NCBI RefSeq assembly: GCF_030028105.1 | Contig: NC_092370.1 | Coordinates: 175,842,647-175,906,646 of the forward strand | Length of the DNA: 64,000 nucleotides | Reading direction: 5' to 3' | DNA from: Mobula birostris | Lineage: Eukaryota | Shown: positions 12,850-26,399 of the stretch, piece by piece | Position numbering within the stretch: position 1 is the first letter of the stretch | Layout of the letters: every line of letters begins with the position of its first letter | Translations under genes and position numbers: made by a program | The notes under the pieces: model-generated | Database searches by the model: none | What the model was told of the DNA's origin: nothing | What the model saw: only the letters and a program-made list of their open reading frames with translations

Positions 12850-13290
12850 TGATAGTATCACATACTGTAGCAGAGAAACAGACCCTTTGGCCTATATTGT
12901 TCATGCCAGCCAAGACTCCTATCTACTTGCCCCATTTGCTCACATCCTTCTAAACCTTTCCTATCATGTACTTGTCCAAATGGCTTTAAAATATTGTTAA
13001 TGTGCCTGCATCAATCACTTTCTCTGGGAACTCATCCTATATACTGAACACCTTCTGGGTGGAAGATTTGCCCTTCAAGTTCCTATTTATTATCCCCTCC
13101 CCCCCACCTTAAACCTATGCTGTCTAGCTTTTGATTCCCCAATCCTGGGAGAAATTTGATCCCATCTATACACCTCATGATTTTAGACACCTCTATTTCG
13201 TCCTTCATTCTCCTACACTGAAAACAGCTGCAACTCCTCTCCATAACTCAGTCCCTCAAGTCCTGGGAACGTCTTCATAAATGAGGATCC
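12850..13290 (-). mobile_element. CR1 LINE 3' fragment, degenerate
   Basis: Similar to the other CR1 3' ends in the window (39270, 60500). Confidence 0.7.
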
Positions 13291-15854
13291 TCGTAAATGG
13301 GGAATCCCGGCAAAATCCTTGTAAAATGTGTGCTAAATGGTGAAAGCAACATACAGTAGGGAGTAGAGTGATCCCCCAGCTAATGGATTAAATGAAAAGT
13401 CTGCCATCCTGCCTAATGTGAATGGTGGTAGACAATTAAACAGCCTCACCATCAACAATGGCCAGTCTGTGAGTGCCAAAGACAAGGGTGAAGTATTTCA
13501 ATAACCTTTATCTAAAAGTGACAAGCAGATGATCTATCACAGTCTCCTTCTGTGTTCTCTGCTGTCACTTAAGTCAGTCTTCAGTTGATTTGATTCACTC
13601 AGCCTGAAGTGTCTGAGAGCATCAGATACAACGAAGCTTTTCTTCAAGTTATGCTTTGGGATGGAAGTTTAAGTTTTCCTCACATACTTAAGAAGTAGAC
13701 TTTAAACCTCTGCAACCCACTCGAAATGATAAACTGAACATTTCATAACATTCAGAAACCCTGTGATTACTGTAGCTGGGCTGCACAAAGGTCGTTGCTT
13801 TAGATAAAAGAAATGAGAAAATTACTCAGTCGCTTTTAATGCAAAACATGTAGAAGTGGGAGATGAATGAAAACAAGCCTTTGGAGTGATACGTGGAGTG
13901 TCGCCATTACAACAAAGTAGCACTCTAAGTGGAAAGGCTGTCACATGTTGGAATAATTAGTTACATGCTGTTATAAAATAATTCCACTCTTGCATTAGTT
14001 TTTTTTTAAAAATGAGGAGCTCTAGTTTTTCCCCCAAAAGTTGAAGGATTTTGTCATAGGGTCAACAAATTACTAATATCTCGACATCTCGACTTTAAAC
14101 ATCACAATTCTGCCTGAGGCAGATTTCCTCCTGTCACCATTAAATTCTTCATCCTGTCCTGTTTCGAAATGGAATTTATGGGTGAATGACTGGTTCCTGT
14201 AGCAAAGCCGTAACTACTTCAGGATTCCTGGGAAAGTTTTGTAACATTTGGAATTTGCCGACAAAGTAACTGATTTCAGCCAGCTTTTAGCAAGTGTTTG
14301 CTCTTTCCTCCTTGAAGTATTTAAAAAATTTGTTGCTTTTTTCTCTGAAAATTTATATCCTTTAAATTTAAAAAAGTAAAGAATTTCCTGTAGAGTACAA
14401 ATTCACAATAGGGGCCAATCTGCCTTCAGTGTACAATGAACTACCCTGGAACCGGGACTTAACATCTAAGCTCATTTCACTTTCTCAATGGGAACTTCTT
14501 CAGTGATTTATCCAGTGACTTGAGAATTAATCAGGGGAATCTTATTTAACCAGGTTGGTTTTAATGCTATAACAATAAATATTGAAGTAAATACAAAAAA
14601 ACCAAAGCTCCTACTCCTAAAAGGTACTCCTGCTGGAAGAACCACATAACCACATATTGGGTGTCACCTAACAACTGAATCTTATTCACTTAAGCTGGTC
14701 ATTTTTGACAGGTTAACGTTTAAACAATGGATACCTAAGCAAATTACCAGAAGGCAAATTTGGAACTATACCAGAGCGAAGATTATCATCGGAACATTTA
14801 GTTCCTCAAGTCTTGTTCAGTTATCCACTTTGACAAAAAGTGATATATGACTCAAATTCATCTAACTGCCTTTACCCCACACACCTTTGGTTAAGAAAAA
14901 TCCCTCAATCCTAGGTTTAAGATAAACAGCTGACTTGTAACCCTCTGTGAGTAGATATGAAGAGTGGAGTACTTAGGTAGATGAGGACTATAAAAATTGT
15001 GAGGGGTGGAGGGAGCAAGGAGAAATGTGGAAAACTACTTAGGAAAGAAATGCTTTGGCTTAATTTCTCAGCTGGCATTTTTCCAGATGGCAAAGCGTCT
15101 TCACTCTAAAACGTTATGAGGTTATGTTCAAATGCTGGAACAACATAGAAAGCAAAACTGACTGCTCCTTCTGCTCCTCAACAATCTGGAATTGCATATG
15201 CTTGTTGATGAAATATTAACTTACCTTATTAATGTTGTGCAGCTTTCAAGGAATCAAGACAAAATGTAAGATCAATAACATGAGTGCTTATGATCAATCT
15301 TGTACTAAGTTGATACCTGGTCACTTACATTAAATGTGTAGTAAATTGGCAGCTTTTGCTTTGGAAACAGAGATCCATTGATTCATTTTAGAAGCCAAGC
15401 ACATACTATCACATCATGAGTTTAAAAAGGCATTGTGCTGACTTTGAATTTGACCGTTTCAACTATCAAGGTAATTCATTTCTAGAACATGCTTAATTAT
15501 AGTCTGCATTAATCAGAAGTTTGCAAGATGTTGCATTGCTCTTTTAAAATAGTATGCTTGATTGTTTGTGGCGAGGAGGTCGGTAGGATAAATATAAATT
15601 TGGCTAAAGATGACTCACCAGTACATAAATAGTTACTGATCAAGCCTTGGGAATGTTGCACTTTCTTGCTGTGAACTACCCTCTTCCCCAAGGGCATGAG
15701 AAAGTAATGACAATTTACACAGTATGTTTACTAAAGAATAGGGAATGCTAATTCTTCCCGTGCCAAAAATGTGAACTCTATTTTGTTACATTTTTCTCGC
15801 TCTCTTGTCAGTTTTCATGGTTCTAAAGGGATAATAAAATTAGTTGGTAAGATG

Positions 15855-16010
15855 TGTTTTATTTCCTTCTAGCTTGTACTCCTTCTCTTTCCCCACCTTC
15901 TTATTCTGCGTCTTCCCCCTTCCTTTCCCGTCCTGATGAAGGGTCTTGGCCCAAAACATCAACTATTTATTCCTTACCAGAGTTACTGCCTGATCTGAGT
16001 TCCTTCAGTA
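15855..16010 (+). mobile_element. Penelope-like pseudo-LTR remnant with a hammerhead-like motif
   Basis: gtcCTGATGAagggtcttggcccAAAACatc..cctgatctgagttcc. Confidence 0.7.
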
Positions 16011-17186
16011 CGTTAGGCAGCATTGTGGTGCTCTATATTTCCAAACACTCTAATTAATTTTCTAATCAAATATTAGAAATCTTGTTATAAACTGGAAATA
16101 TCAAGTTCAGCTAATCTGCTAAGAGCTCTTTTTCTGATTTGAAGTTGTCTAGTTACTTTCCAATTGCTTTCATTTCACTTATTTTCTCTTGCAGCATATA
16201 TTTAAAATGGTTCTCTCAAGTAGTTTAGTGAATAGCTGTACCACTTATTTAAACTGAGTCAGTTTGTTTTGATTAAGTTGTTAAGATAAGCCAGTTTGGC
16301 TTCTGAACTGGAGGTATTAATAGAACATGTTTCCAAAGGAGTAGACTGGACAGAATCCTCAGCACTAGATCTTCTTCCTTTCATCTTCACCAGATGACCT
16401 GGCTTTATTCCTTATTTCTGTTTATCTACCCCAAACATAACAAGCTAAACATTCTACTAAAAATAGCACAAAATTTGGTGGCCCACTAATCTCTGGTGTT
16501 GTCACAATTTCTGAATAATGCTTACATTTTATTCTTTCTGGCGTGTTTCATTCCAAGAAATTGTGGAATTTAAAAGATTAAATTTTGCCCCTCTGCAGAA
16601 TAAGAGGCAAATTCTCCTAAGGTCTGAAATAACATGTGCATCAAAATGAGTATCTGGTAAGAGTGAAATATTGTTTTTCATGGTCTCTGATAGAAATATA
16701 ATTCATTTCTATATTATGCTTCAATATATCTGTGTTAATCTACGGTTAGTGAGATGTTATATTGCTGTTTTAAAATACTGAACTCCACAATCGATGACCA
16801 GTGATCTGAAGAGATTTGGATGTACTTCAAAGCTCATTATCCAGAAAACATTTCAACCTAATTCTCTGGCTTTCACAGCATACTGTTGAACTCCACTTGA
16901 GGTGCACAATATGCAACTGTAATAACCTTTGAAGCCAAACATAAAATCTATTAAGAGTTCAACTAAAGTTATTATTTTCACAAGGCAACAGCCAAAGCAG
17001 CACAGGTGTGTAATGTATTATGGATTCCATCAAGCCATTGTAGAAACTTTCTACCTCACTTTAGTACTAGCTTAATAACGAAAAACGTTTTGACAGTAGA
17101 ATGAAGTTATTGGGAATGAGATGCAGGACAGGAATATGAAGAATCACTCCGGAATCTAAAGACAAGCACCAAAGTGTTCTCTATAC

Positions 17187-17275
17187 CTGTTGGGCTTTGA
17201 ATGAACTATCCCCATTATGGTCATCTTCATCGATGGCTTCAGCCCGCTTTTGATCTCACCGACAAAGGGCTTCAC
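17187..17275 (-). CDS. Galectin-related protein, coding exon 2 (VKPFVGEIKSGLKPSMKMTIMGIVHSKPN)
   Basis: ttttacag acceptor and GTATAG donor; 89 nt, phase 0->2. Resembles LGALSL '[28 protein letters not shown]' (recalled). Confidence 0.92.
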
Positions 17276-17399
17276 CTGTAAAATTAATATTGTTGGCGTC
17301 ACTGCAGATTTGAAAGACATAATTTCTGTGTATTTGAATTAATTTGGGGCTCCAGCCATCTGTCATAGTGCTCGGCTGCAAAGTTTACACTGCACTTTA

Positions 17400-18560
17400 A
17401 TTAAAATATTAATACGCATTTTTATAAAAAGGACCTGCAACGTGTACAACGTACGGACATCCGCCTCACTGCAACAGGGATTTAAACTTTACGCTGACTC
17501 ATTGCATAGGCACTCCAATTATCTTAATTATATTCGATTATAAACTAAGTTTTCGACCAGCAACAATGAACAAAACGTCTCACAATTGATCGGACACGTG
17601 CTAAGTTTGCAAAGAGTTAAGTACCACCGAAATTATGTTACGCTAGAAACGTATTAGAAAATAGATGGACCGAATCCAATGCACAGCAGTGATCCCCGAA
17701 TCTGCTACGAAAGCTCAAACACTTGCCGAACGTTATTACAGAATCAATAATATACCGAAATTACTTTCCACGCTTTAAACAATTGGGTGCTCGAACTACC
17801 ATGTTTTAAGTTCCCAGGTAAAGTGTGCGCATATTGGATATGGGGGCGCTATATTCATACCAAAATTAACCCTTTCGAAAAAACTCCATCAAATTTAACA
17901 TAAAAATAACTTTCGACAGAAGACTTACAGGTGTTGAACTGTCATTATCCGCCATTTTCGCCTTCTTTTGAGCGAATAGATTGCCAGGATCAGATCAGTG
18001 AATGCAGAAGCAAGAGTGGGGGTGCGTTATCTTCTTTCCAACCCGCGCCGCGCCTGCCTCCATCCTCTTTGACCACAAGCAATTCCAGCCGCGCAGCTTG
18101 CCATGACAACTCCAGCAGGGTGGGTATTCCACGCATCCCCGCCCTTATTGTTTGGACTACCCTCCTTCAAGTCTGCAACGCGACTTTTTAGCGCAGATAA
18201 AGTAATCTCGCAGGAGCACATGGCAGCAAAATGCACACTTCAATGATTCAAGCAGAAAACTCCCGCCAAAGCTGCTGGGTCAATTTCTCTATTGATCGGT
18301 TCATTCATGTATAAAAGCACAGTTAGCCTACAAAATTGGTAAATTGTGACCTCAAATGTGTTCACGACTCTTGACTAAACAAGTTCGTTTAGGAAACAAT
18401 GCTGTGTAATTCTGAGTTAAGAAAATTCAAGACCAAGAATAAATGTATCATTAAAACGTACAAAACACTGGTCACATAAAATACTTATCAGGGCCGAAAA
18501 CTAAAATAACTTCCGCTTCATGCAGCATATTAAAACAGTAAAGGAACAACGTTTGGTTAA
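17400..18560 (-). promoter_or_regulatory. CpG-enriched promoter/first-exon region of the galectin-related gene
   Basis: CpG density is visibly higher than in the flanks, with GC-rich motifs (cccgcgccgcgcc ~18042, cccgccc ~18138). It surrounds the ATG exon. Confidence 0.6.
17929..17955 (-). CDS. Galectin-related protein (LGALSL/GRP-like), coding exon 1 (MADNDSSTP)
   Basis: Minus strand reads AAAATGG (good Kozak context), then 9 codons and a GTAAGT donor. Phase 0 matches the next exon. It lies in a CpG-enriched region. Confidence 0.75.
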
Positions 18561-19444
18561 GCCTTCATTCGCTTTTATCCCAACAGTTATTAGCACTGAC
18601 TCTATTGCTGATACTGCATTACAGTAATTTTTTCTTCCTGTTATTTCTAGAACATTATTTTAAAACGGGAATACGTATTTTTTAACCCATTTTTGAGTCT
18701 CTGCTTTAGGTTGCTATTTTCCTATATGTTCCTATTTTCAGCTCAAATCAAATGGAGTTGAAATGTGACTGATAATGATCAGTAGACCACCAGTTTAAAC
18801 CCAAGCAATGTGGCACCTTTGTCAGGAGATACCAGTATATGGAATGGAGGAAGGAGTTGGTCACTTGCCCCTCAACCATGTTTTATCATTTAATAAGATC
18901 ATGCCTGATCTGATTGTAACTTTAAGTTTGCACTCCCGTCTACTTTCAGCAACCTTTTATCCCTTAGTGTCTTCTGTGCTAAAAATCTTCAAAGACTCTC
19001 CATCCACTGTCCAAAGGACCAAAGACTCATGTCTGTTAGAAAAAAAGAGTCACCTCTTTATCTTAAAAGGGTAATCATGGATTTTCAAAGGTGACTCCCT
19101 AGTTGTAGATTCTCTGACAACAGAAAATTATCCACTCTGCTAAGGTTCCTCAGGAAATTTCATGCTTCAGTCAAGTCACACCTCATTCTCAAATTCCAGC
19201 AGGTATCTGCCCAACCTATAGTTTTAAATCAACCTGCCCATGTCAGGTATAAGTCCAGCAAACCTTTTCTGACCTACTTCCAATAAATTAACAGCTTCCT
19301 TTAACTAAGAAGACCATTACTGTATGTGGATTCACTGATGTTCTATAAATCTGAAACATTTCCTCCCATGGTATTCAATTTACTTTAGCAATAAACAACA
19401 TTTTTTGAACATTCACAATAATTTATGAAAAATCATCTATATTC

Positions 19445-19690
19445 CTTTATTTTTGATTTAGAGATACAGCACTGTAACAGCGCTCAATTACACCCATGTG
19501 ACCAATTAACCTTCTAACCCATACACCTTTGGCATGTGGGAGGAAATCAGAGCACCCGGAGGAAACCCACCTAGTCACAAATAGAACATACAAACTCCTC
19601 ACTAACAGTGGTGGGGATGGAACCCAGGTAACTGATGCTGAAATAACATTAATGTAATTAACATTACGTTATGCTATCACGTTGCCCACT
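19445..19690 (-). mobile_element. V-SINE/HE1-like SINE
   Basis: tgtgggaggaaa.cagagcacccggaggaaacccac..aacatacaaactcc is the reverse complement of the V-domain. Confidence 0.75.
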
Positions 19691-19768
19691 TTGTACCTCA
19701 AGACTCTGCAGTCTGACTTCCTTTAAACAATGTGCTTGTTTATTTTTCTTGATTATTTTATGGTCTCA

Positions 19769-21040
19769 AGACAATAGACAATAGGTACAGGAGTAGGCCA
19801 TTCAGGCCTTTGAGCCAGCACCACCATTCACTGTAATCATGGCTGATCATCCACAATCAGTACCCTTTTCATGCCTTCTCCCCATATCCCTTGACTCTGC
19901 TATCTTTAAGAGCTCTATATAACTCTTTCTTGAAAGAATCCATAGAATTGGCCTCCACTGCCTACTGAGGCAGAGCATTCCACAGAACCACAACCCTCCG
20001 TGTGAAAAAGTTTTTGCTCAACTCCGTTCTAAATGGTCTACCCCTTATTCTTAAACTGTGGCCTCTGGTTCTGGACTCCCCCAACATGTTTCCTGCCTCT
20101 AGCATGTCCAATCCCTTAATAATCTTATATGTTTCAATCAGATCCCCTCTCATCCTTCTAAATTCCAATGTATACAACCCCAGTCGCTCCAATCTTTCAA
20201 CATATGCCAGTCCTGCCATCCCAGGAATTAACCCCGTGAACCTACGTTGCACTCCCTCAATAGCTAGAATGTCCTTCCTCAAATTTGGAGACCAAAACTG
20301 TACACAATACTCCAGGTGTGGTCTCACCGGGGCTCTGTACAACTGCTGAAGGACCTCTTTGCTCCTATACTCAACTCCCCTTGTTATGGCCAACATGCCA
20401 TTAGCTTTCTTCACTGCCTGCTGTACCTGCATGCTTACTTTCAGAGACTGATGAACAAGGACACCTAGATCTCGTTGTACTTCCCCTTTTCCTAACTTGA
20501 CACCATTCAAGTAGTAATTTGCCTTCCTGTTCTTGCCACCAAAGTGGATAACCTCACATTTATCCACATTAAACTGCATCTGGCAAGCATCTGCCCACTC
20601 ACCCAACCTGTCCAAGTCACCCTGCGTTCTCATAACATCCTCCTCACATTTCACACTGCCACCCAGCTTTGTGTCATCTGCAAATTTGCTAATGTTACTT
20701 TTAATCCCTTCATCTAAATCATTAATGCATATTGTAAATAGCTGTGGTCCCAGCAGCGAGCTTTGCGGTACCCCACTAGTCACTGCCTGCAATTCTGAAA
20801 AGGACCCATTAATCTCTACTGTTTGTTTCCTGTCTGCCAAACAATTTTCTATCCATGTCAGTACCCTACCCCCAATACCATTTGCTCTAATTTTGCCCAC
20901 TAACCTCCTATCTGGGACCTTATCAAAGGCTTTCTGAAAGTCCAGGTACACTACATCCACTGGCTTTCCCATGTCCATTTTCATAGTTACATTCTCAAAA
21001 ATTCCAGAAGATTAGTCAAGCATGATTTCCCCTTCGTAAA
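19769..21040 (-). mobile_element. CR1 LINE, 5'-truncated, RT C-terminal half with an open ORF (19962..20984)
   Basis: YLDFQKAFDKV, GVPQ.S.LGP, KFADDTK and RPHLEYCVQFW motifs, with a (CTATTGT) tail. Confidence 0.95.
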
Positions 21041-23224
21041 TTTGATTTTAGGCTGTGATCAAGTATCTCTAATCCACTGAAAGGCAAGTTTTAATAAAAC
21101 ATATTGATAGTCCACTCTTTTCCTTGGACCTTAAAAAATCATGAACCTAATTATTTAAAATAAGGGACCAGTTGCTCATTCATGTGTTTGCCTCTGTTGA
21201 GGAAATTGGAAGCATGGTGAACATCATACCTTCATTACTCTCACTGGGTTCTGCATTTACCAGATATTTTTCCTAAAATTATCAAATGGTAACATAATTT
21301 CTAACTCAACAGATCCTTGGACCTAACAAATTACCTTAACAAATGCCTGAAAGCAAGAAGGAGTGATTTAATGCAGGATTTCCACAGCTTGGGTGTCATG
21401 TATTTGAAAGCACAATTAAATATGTAATGATGGACCAATCATGTCTGCAGGGTACAAGAATACCACTGACATAGTGATTAAGTGACTGTACTAACAATCC
21501 ACGGGGTAAGGCAAGTTCAAATCCCCCAATTGGATCTGAGGAATTTAAATCGGATAATAAATAACAGGAATGGTAATCTTAAAATTATTGCATAGATACC
21601 ATCTCGTTTTCTTATTCTTCAGAAGAAGGAAGTCGAGGTAGACTGACTCTGAAATAATCTAGCAACCCAGTCAGTAATACCAAGCAACTACAGTAAAATA
21701 GAGAATAAAGCAGAAAATAAAACTGGATGGCCCATTTCTCTTTGACCAAGCACTGATTTTAAACATGACAAAGCCAAAGCTTCCCCAATTAACACTGGAA
21801 AATCCTCACTGACAAGTTGCCAAATAGAAGCTTTCCCAGACACCACTTAAAAAGCAACCTGAACATAATCATACATATAGATTCACATTTTACAGTTTAC
21901 TAAATTCCTCCATCATCAGGTAAGATGTTCACTAATGAACAGTTAGTCTTCAAATCTGTTTGGAAATTCTCAGACAATAAAGCAGCTCATACCTGTTCAT
22001 TGCAAGCTCTGGACAAGACACTGTTTAAACTTGCATCTTTATATACAGGTGGCTTTGCTATATAATGTGTTTTTCTGTAACATGAACTGGTTAGAACACA
22101 ACTGATGGATCAGAGAACACTAATTAACCATAAGACCATAAAACATAGGAGCAGAATTATGCCATTTGGCTCATTGATCAGCTCCACCATTCAATCATGG
22201 CTAATTCATTATATTACACATCTGTACTGGTTATAACATGATTGTGATCAGTTAATGCTGTTTAAGTCTGCTTTGAAGGAAACTACAGTCTGTTCTGCTA
22301 TAATATGACTTTCTGTAAAATAACTGCAGTACCACATTATAGTAGAACCACCAGAATGTCTGCTACCAGAATGGAAGAGGCAGGTGTAGACTATTCAGTT
22401 CCTTGGGCCTGCACTGCCAATCTACTAAATTGAGGCTGATCATTTACCTTAGTGTCAGTCAGTGCACTAGCCCCATGTCGCTTGTTTGCTTTAATATTTA
22501 AAAATTCATTGAAAATGCCATTTACCATCCCAGTTGGTTTCAGCCTTGCATGTTAACTTTCAGAGATTCATGTACAAGCTCACTCAGGTCCCTCTAAACA
22601 TCAGCACCATTCAACCATCAACTTTTACAAAAATGCTCCACTTTCCATTTTTCACTAAAGTGAATGACTTTACACTTTTATTTAATATCTTGTTCTATCT
22701 GCTATGTCCTTACCCATTTGCTTAGCCTGCGCCTATCTGCTGAAGTTACTCTGCATCTTCCTCATCACCCACACTGCCACTTGGCAGTATACAAGCAGCG
22801 AAGCTGTATATGATGCTGGGTCTGACCCAAATCCATCATCGATGAGAATTGTGAAAAACCAGGACTACAGTATTGATCTCTATGGTACCCACTAGTAATG
22901 ACTCCCATATCTTTGTTCCTTCTATTTCAATCCACTAATCAATCTTTAATACACATGAGTACATCATTTAAAATCTGACATGGTCAAATTTTAAGAATAA
23001 CATCTTGTGTGGAACCTTGTTGATGGTCTACTGGAAGTCCAAATACACTATCAATTGGTTTGCCCTGATCAATTTTACTAGTTACAACTACAGAAAAACT
23101 TTCCTATTGATTTATCAGACATGATTTCACTTTTATAAATTCACGTCGACTGCTCAGTCCTGTCGCTAGTTTCCTAATGTCCTGTTCCCACATTGACATA
23201 AATAGATTTCAGCAATTTTCCCAC

Positions 23225-23700
23225 AAGGAGGGGTTCACCAGTCTGATTCTGGAGATGAGGGGTTAGCCTATCAGGAGAAATTGAGTCACCTGGGATTATA
23301 CTTGCTGGAATTCAGAAGAATGGGAGAGGATCTTACAACATTATGAAAGGGTTAAATATGATAAAGACAGGAAAGTGGTTTCCATTGGTAAGTGAGACTC
23401 AAACTAAGAAAGTGTCAAGATTCGGGAGAATAGATTTAGGACAGAGATGAGGAAAAACTGCTTTTCCCAGAGAGTAGTGAATCTGTGGAATTCTTTGCCC
23501 AGGGAATCAGTAGAGGCTACCTCATTAAATATATTTAAGACAGTTAGGTAGATTTTTGCATACTATGGGAATTAAGGGTTATGGGGAAAAGGCAGGTAGG
23601 TGGAGTTGAACCAATGGCCAGATCAGCCATGAACCTTTTGAATGGTGGAGCAGGCTTGACGGGCCAGATGTCATATTTCTGTTTCTATTGCTTATGATCT
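23225..23700 (+). mobile_element. CR1 LINE 3' fragment
   Basis: RFTSLI..LEFRRM..FSQRVVNLWNSL and a 3'UTR. Confidence 0.85.
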
Positions 23701-23752
23701 TAACTGATGTGAGCCTGTCTTCCTTCTCTCACTCTTCTTAAATAGTGGAATT

Positions 23753-25505
23753 ATGTTGGTAACTGGTTGCATCATGACCTGTTATGAACAAAAAATAATG
23801 CCCAGGAACAGAAAAGACTACAGAAAGTGGTGGATACACCCCAGACCATCGTCCCCACCATTCAGTACATTAATATGGAGCACTGCCACAAAAAACAACA
23901 TCCATCATCAAAGAGCCCCACCATCTAGGCCAAGTCAAGTCAAGTCACTGTTTATTGTCATTTTGACCATAACTGCTGGTACAGTACACAGTACAAACAA
24001 GACAACATTTTTCAGGACTATGGTGCTACATTGAACAATACAAAAACTACACTGAACTACGTAAAAAACAACACAAAATGACGCTAGACTACAGACCTAC
24101 CAGGACTGCATAAAGTGCACAAAACAGTGCAGGCATTACAATAAATAATAAACAAGCCAATATGCACAGTAGGGGGCAGTAGGTTGGTGTCAGTCCAGGT
24201 TCTGGGTATTGAGGAGTCTGATGGCTTGGGGGAAGAAACTGTTACATAGTCTGGTCGTGAGATCCCGAATACTTCGGTGCCTTTTGCCAGATGGCAGGAG
24301 GAAGAAGAGTTTGTATGAGGTGTGCGTGGGGTCCTTCATAATGCTGTTTGTTTTACAGATGCAGCGTGTGGTGTAGATGTCTGTAATGGCGGGAAGAGAG
24401 ACCCCGATGATCTTCTCAGCTGACCTCACTATCCGTTGCAGGGTCTTGTGATCCAAGATGGTGCAATTTCCGAACCAGGCAGTCATGCAGCTGCTCAGGA
24501 TGCTCTCAATACAACCTCTGTAGAATGTGGTGAGGATGGGGGCTGGGAGACGGACCTTTCTCAGCCTTCGCAGAAAGTAGAAACGCTGCTGGGCCTTCTT
24601 TGCTATGGAGCTGGTGTTGAGGGACCAGGTGAGATTCTCCGCCAGGTGAACACCAAGAAATCTGGTGCTCTTAACGATCTCTATGGAGGTGTCGTCGATG
24701 TTCAGTGGAGAGTGGTCGTTCCGTGTCCTCCCGAAGTCAACAACCATCTCTTTTGTTTTGTTCACATTCAGAGACAGGTTGTTAGCTCTGCATCAGTCCG
24801 TTAGCCGCTGCACCTCCTCTCTGTATGCTGACTCATTGTTCTTGCTGATGAGACCCACCACGGTTGTGTCATTGGCGAACTTGATGATGTGGTTGGAGCT
24901 GTGTGTTGCAGCACAGTCGTGGGTCAACAGAGTGAACAGCAGTGGGCTGAGCACACAGCCCTGGGGGGCCCCCGTGCTCAGTCTGATGGTGTTGGAGATG
25001 CTGCTTCCAATCTGGACTGACTGGGATCTTCCAGTCAGGAAGTCTAGGATCCAGTTGCAGAGGGAGGTGTTCAGGCCCAGTAGGCTCAGCTTTCCAAAAG
25101 GGCCATGCCCTTTTCTCACTACTACCATCAGGTAGGAGTTACAGTAGCTTAGGAGCCACACCACCAGGTTGAGGAACAGTCAACCTTGTTACCCTATAAT
25201 CATCAGGTTCCTGAACCAGTATGGATAACTTCATCTACCACTACTACTCTGAACTGATTCTGCAACCTACAAACTCACTTCCAAGGACTCTTTACAATTT
25301 TGGTTCTCAGTGTTACCTTTATTTGCACGGGTTGTTTCTTTTTGCACATTGGTGTTTGTTAGTCTTTGCTTGCAGTAAAATGTAAGTGTTTCTCTTTTAT
25401 CTGTAAACATCTGCAAGAAGATGAATCTCACTGCAGTATCTCATAACATAGACATACTTTGATGATATATTTACTTATAACTATGAATTTTTTGAACTTT
25501 GAACT
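23753..25505 (+). mobile_element. Rex1/Babar 3' fragment, split by the opposite-strand Rex1 insertion
   Basis: Host sequence ccatctaggcca|tgcccttttctc is continuous across the insertion. (TTTGAAC) tail at ~25500. Confidence 0.75.
23931..25095 (-). mobile_element. Rex1/Babar LINE, 5'-truncated RT fragment
   Basis: [21 protein letters not shown] and KKAQQRFYFLRRL motifs; (CTTGA)n tail; ggcca is repeated at both junctions. Confidence 0.93.
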
Positions 25506-26399
25506 TTATATCTTATGATCTGTGGGGCCCTATGTATAATTATATACAAGAATAAAGGGGGAATCTAACAATTTACCATTGACTTCGTATGACAATATCA
25601 TAATTGAATCCTCCGTCACCAACATGTTGGGAGCCAGCATTGACAAGAAACTTAACTGGTTAAGCTATCTAACTACAGCAACCATTAAGAACTGATCTGA
25701 CACTCAGCATCATGTGCCATGCTGCAATTCTTGATTCCAAAAGCCTTTCCATCCAAGCACTATCCAGGAGAATGATGGAATATGCTCAATTTTTCTGGAT
25801 GGCATTGTTCCAATGACACTTGAGATCCATTCAATGATCCAGGACAAAGGAACACAGTTGTCTGACAATTATAAGCATTCATTACTATTATTACCAGCCA
25901 GTTGTGAAAATAAAATGTAGCATCCTCAATATCCACAGCGGCAGCAATTTGTCAAAATTGCCTATTGTATCATCGATCTCTATCACCGAAAACAAAAATT
26001 TTTGCATTTTACTACCTTCTGCAGATTGTCTTCCAAGTCACATGTAATGTTATTTTGTACTGATTTTCTGTTCCTTGATCAGTAATGGGTTAAAATTCTT
26101 GACTTCCTGCTAAGGACTGTAGCCACCATGGTGGATGGTCTCTATCTTCTCATATGTGAACAGAAGAAATATGGAGAGTTCCAGTGCCAGGCGAGTTGAG
26201 ACAGAGGTGAAATCGGGTGGTGGTGCATACACAGAAGTAGTTTTTCTCAGCCAGTGAATGGCTATGTGATCCAAAGCTCAGCCCAGTGTTCAAGAATGCA
26301 CACAGACTTACAACGCACTGAGATCTGGTGACTATGGAAACAGAATATGTGGTGGGAGTAGTTGCTGTCATTTCAATATTTAATTTTTGCCTCTCAATG

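Noticed and set aside
14200-14388. Short open minus-strand frame after a CAG acceptor inside intron 2
   Set aside because: It ends in a stop, has no galectin similarity, and the spliced CDS is complete without it.
26121-26200. Perfect Kozak GCCACCATGG
   Set aside because: It opens only ~23 codons before a stop, with no recognisable homology or clear splice donor.
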